A program made the translations under genes and the position numbers. Below the pieces are notes generated by a model. The model searched no databases and was not told the origin of the DNA. It was given only the letters and a program-made list of their open reading frames with translations. From NCBI GenBank assembly GCA_965197425.1, contig CBDANC010000013.1, positions 160,001 to 224,000 on the forward strand: a DNA stretch of 64,000 nucleotides, written 5' to 3'. This DNA comes from Bdellovibrionales bacterium (lineage in GTDB: Bacteria; Bdellovibrionota; Bdellovibrionia; Bdellovibrionales; JAUICD01). Positions 61,447 to 64,000 of this stretch are shown here, piece after piece; the first letter of the stretch is position 1; every line of letters starts with the position of its first letter.

Positions 61447-62571
61447 TCACCAATCGAAAAAGCGAGGATTTAACGATTTGAAATATTCAATGATTCTATT
61501 AAGAAGATTTCGATTCTGTCCAGCTCTTGTTTCTATCAACCGGTCGACTATGTTGTCATAACCTGTATCTTTGGATCTGGCAAGCATCATTAGAGCTATT
61601 TCAACATACTTCTCATCTACCTTAGTCTTAGAGGTCAAAAGAACACTAAATACTTCAGAAGAATCTCCTTCTGTTTCCAACGATTCCAAAAGTATTTTGG
61701 ATTTTGCAACAATTAGAGCTATTTCAGCTTTACTATACTTCTTGTTTGCCTTTGACTCTGCCTCCAAAAGAAGGCGGACTACTTCGAAATAACCGTTTTC
61801 TGTTTCCAACATACCAGACTCCAAAAATGTACGGACTATGTCAGCATGACCTTCTCTACTTGCCATCATAAGAGCCGTTCTACCACCACTATCCTGCAAA
61901 CCAACATCAGCTCCAGCTTCTAGAAGTAGCTTTACAGCATAACCATGACTTGTTGCTACATACATCAGAGCTGTTTTACCCTCTGAATCCTGCAAATTCA
62001 CCTTAGCTCCAGCTCCTAGAAGTAGTTCGATAGTATCACGATCACTTCGTTCACTTGCATACATAAGGGCTGTCCTATCATCTGAATCCCGCAAACCCAC
62101 CTTAGCTCCAGCTTCTATAAGTAGTGCAGCAGTATCAGGATTACCTTTTTCACTTGCATACATCAGAGCTGTCTTATCATCTGAATCCCGCAAACCAACA
62201 TCAGCTCCCTCTTCTATAAGTAGTTCAACAGTATCAGGATTACCTTTTTCACTTGCATACATCAGAGCTGTCTTATCATCTGAATCCCGCAAATTCACTT
62301 TAGCTCCAACCTTTATAAGCATGCTGGCTATGTCAAAATGACCATATTCAATTACAATCATTAGAGCTGTCTTATGCTCTGAATCCCGCAAATGTATATT
62401 ACCACCTGCATCTAAATACTTGCCAAGCTCATCAACACTGCCTTTACGAACAACATTCATTAATTGTGTGCTGTCATGTTCAGTTCTCAGGGCATCACGG
62501 CAAGTATCCTGATTAGCAAAAATAGGACTTGCAAACAATAATGCGGCAATAAACATAATTCTTAAATTCAT
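61447..62571 (-). CDS. Secreted ankyrin-repeat protein
   Basis: Signal peptide; DSDDKTALMYASEKGNPDT repeats. Confidence 0.93.
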   Translation of the reverse strand: MNLRIMFIAALLFASPIFANQDTCRDALRTEHDSTQLMNVVRKGSVDELGKYLDAGGNIHLRDSEHKTALMIVIEYGHFDIASMLIKVGAKVNLRDSDDKTALMYASEKGNPDTVELLIEEGADVGLRDSDDKTALMYASEKGNPDTAALLIEAGAKVGLRDSDDRTALMYASERSDRDTIELLLGAGAKVNLQDSEGKTALMYVATSHGYAVKLLLEAGADVGLQDSGGRTALMMASREGHADIVRTFLESGMLETENGYFEVVRLLLEAESKANKKYSKAEIALIVAKSKILLESLETEGDSSEVFSVLLTSKTKVDEKYVEIALMMLARSKDTGYDNIVDRLIETRAGQNRNLLNRIIEYFKSLNPRFFDW

Positions 62572-62936
62572 AAATATCTCCTAATGATTACATGCGCTAC
62601 TAAGTGAATGAAATTTTAAGTGAGTTATGCACGCATCCAGATGAGTCGTTGTATATCATATTCTTAGGAATGACTTGAAGGTTAATTATATTAAAACCCA
62701 GGAGCATGAAAAAAGGTAAATAGTATTGCGAGCTGAAACAACATATTTGCCCACAATAAAAAATACTCTCAAAAAATTTTGTAATTTGTTCCAAATTTAT
62801 AACCGTAGCTTTATTTTTATATGTCTGTAAAAACAGATAACAGATAAAGGTAAAACAACTCTTAAATAGCTAGGTGTTATTTGAAAACTCTTAAAGAAGG
62901 CTAACTCTTCTGTAAGAACCTAAGTGGATTGCCTTA

Positions 62937-63314
62937 TTAGTCTCTGTTATAGTTGTACCACCAAGGCACATCAGCTCCCGCTTTTATAAGCAAACGAACT
63001 ATTTCATAATTACCTTCTAAACTTGCTTCAACTAGAGCACGGTTGATTGAAGACAAATTAGCTCCTTCTTTTATAAGCATATGGACTATGTTTTGATGAC
63101 CTTCTGAATTTGCTATAATTAGAGCATCGTTAATATAATCCATATCATTCAGAAAGTTTAAGGCATTTTGAACTTCAACAACATTACCTCTAGAAGTAGC
63201 TTTTATTAAATGTGAATTATATTTACTTTCCAGAGCTCCAAGACAACCATTGGAGTTTGCAAACACTGAACTTGCAAAAAACAAAATAAGAACAAATATA
63301 ATGTTAAAGTTCAT
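62937..63314 (-). CDS. Short secreted ankyrin-repeat protein
   Basis: Signal peptide; GHQNIVHMLIKEGA, GNYEIVRLLIKAGAD. Confidence 0.85.
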   Translation of the reverse strand: MNFNIIFVLILFFASSVFANSNGCLGALESKYNSHLIKATSRGNVVEVQNALNFLNDMDYINDALIIANSEGHQNIVHMLIKEGANLSSINRALVEASLEGNYEIVRLLIKAGADVPWWYNYNRD

Positions 63315-63564
63315 AAATATCTCTTAGGTGAGTTATGCGTGCATATAGATGAGCTATTGTATATCACATTAGGTATTTTTATAATTAGCGACTTGAACTT
63401 CAGAAATTTTTTCCTGTCCATGCACATATTACATGTACTTTTGGGAGTAGTGCTGCACTACCAGTTAAGTTAATTCGACATCTCGTTTACTTCATGATCT
63501 GATTTGACAAAGTAGTGGGGAGGAGTACTAAAGTACTTGTTAGAAATAATCTAATTTCTCAAAG

Positions 63565-64000
63565 CTAATTCCTTAATGATTCAAAGAATCGAGTGATACC
63601 ACTAACAAAAGGGGTTCTGTTCTGTTTAGCTCCTGCTTCTATCAGCCGGTCGACTATGTTGTCATAACCTGTGTCCTTGGATCTTACAATCATTAGAGCT
63701 ATTTCAGCTTCACTATACTTCTTGTTTGCCTTTGACTCTGCCTCCAAAAGAAGGCGGACTACTTCGGAATAACCTTTTTCTGTTTCCAACATACCAGACT
63801 CCAAAAGCATACGGACTATTTCAGTATGACCTTCTTTACTTGCCATCATAAGAGCCGTTCTACCACCGTTATCCTGCAAATCCACATCAGCTCCCGCTTC
63901 TAGAAGCAGGCGGACTATTTCGGTATGACCTTCTCTACTTGCAACCATTAGAGCTGTTTCTTTATATAACGAATTTTGCGAATCTACATCAGTTCCAGCT
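63565..64000 (-). CDS. Ankyrin-repeat protein, paralog of 61447-62571 (5' end beyond window)
   Basis: Frame is open to the window edge; C-terminal region nearly identical to the 61447 gene. Confidence 0.9.
   Translation of the reverse strand, partial: AGTDVDSQNSLYKETALMVASREGHTEIVRLLLEAGADVDLQDNGGRTALMMASKEGHTEIVRMLLESGMLETEKGYSEVVRLLLEAESKANKKYSEAEIALMIVRSKDTGYDNIVDRLIEAGAKQNRTPFVSGITRFFESLRN

Noticed and set aside
60450..62400. CRISPR array or DGR template/variable repeats
   Set aside because: Repeats are in-frame 99/102-nt ankyrin units; no cas or reverse transcriptase genes

Overview
Low-GC (roughly 30% by eye) bacterial chromosome segment. The GldA/F/G-like ABC + DUF4340 operon, AgmX/PglI-type protein, Bdellovibrio-style secreted proteins and many signal-peptide ankyrin proteins suggest a Bdellovibrionota-like, possibly host-associated organism (inference). 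About 1-35 kb is a surface-polysaccharide locus (gmd, fcl/colC, colD, many glycosyltransferases, NoeA-like/sulfatase module) interleaved with defence and toxin-antitoxin genes: Avs4, a single-chain DarT-macrodomain fusion, AbiEi, HicAB, an orphan BrnA and DUF488. It also holds the best novel-system candidate, a coupled MBL hydrolase / 4-TM / MBL hydrolase / E2-like-SEC-C operon divergent from an XRE-HTH + ImmA/IrrE pair. About 35-49 kb holds purA, tRNA-Lys with an integrase-free mini-island, AAA-DUF4143 ATPases, outer-membrane proteins and an NCS2 permease. About 49-58 kb is core genes (ABC operon, GHMP kinase, secG, tpiA, pgk) and 58-64 kb is an ankyrin gene cluster. Outside the ORF track, diverged copies of the 3' ends of resident genes (noeA-like, colD, gmd x2, MBL x2, tRNA-Lys) repeatedly border the accessory cassettes, pointing to serial additive integration without a local integrase. 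All family calls come from motif recognition by eye; no searches were run.
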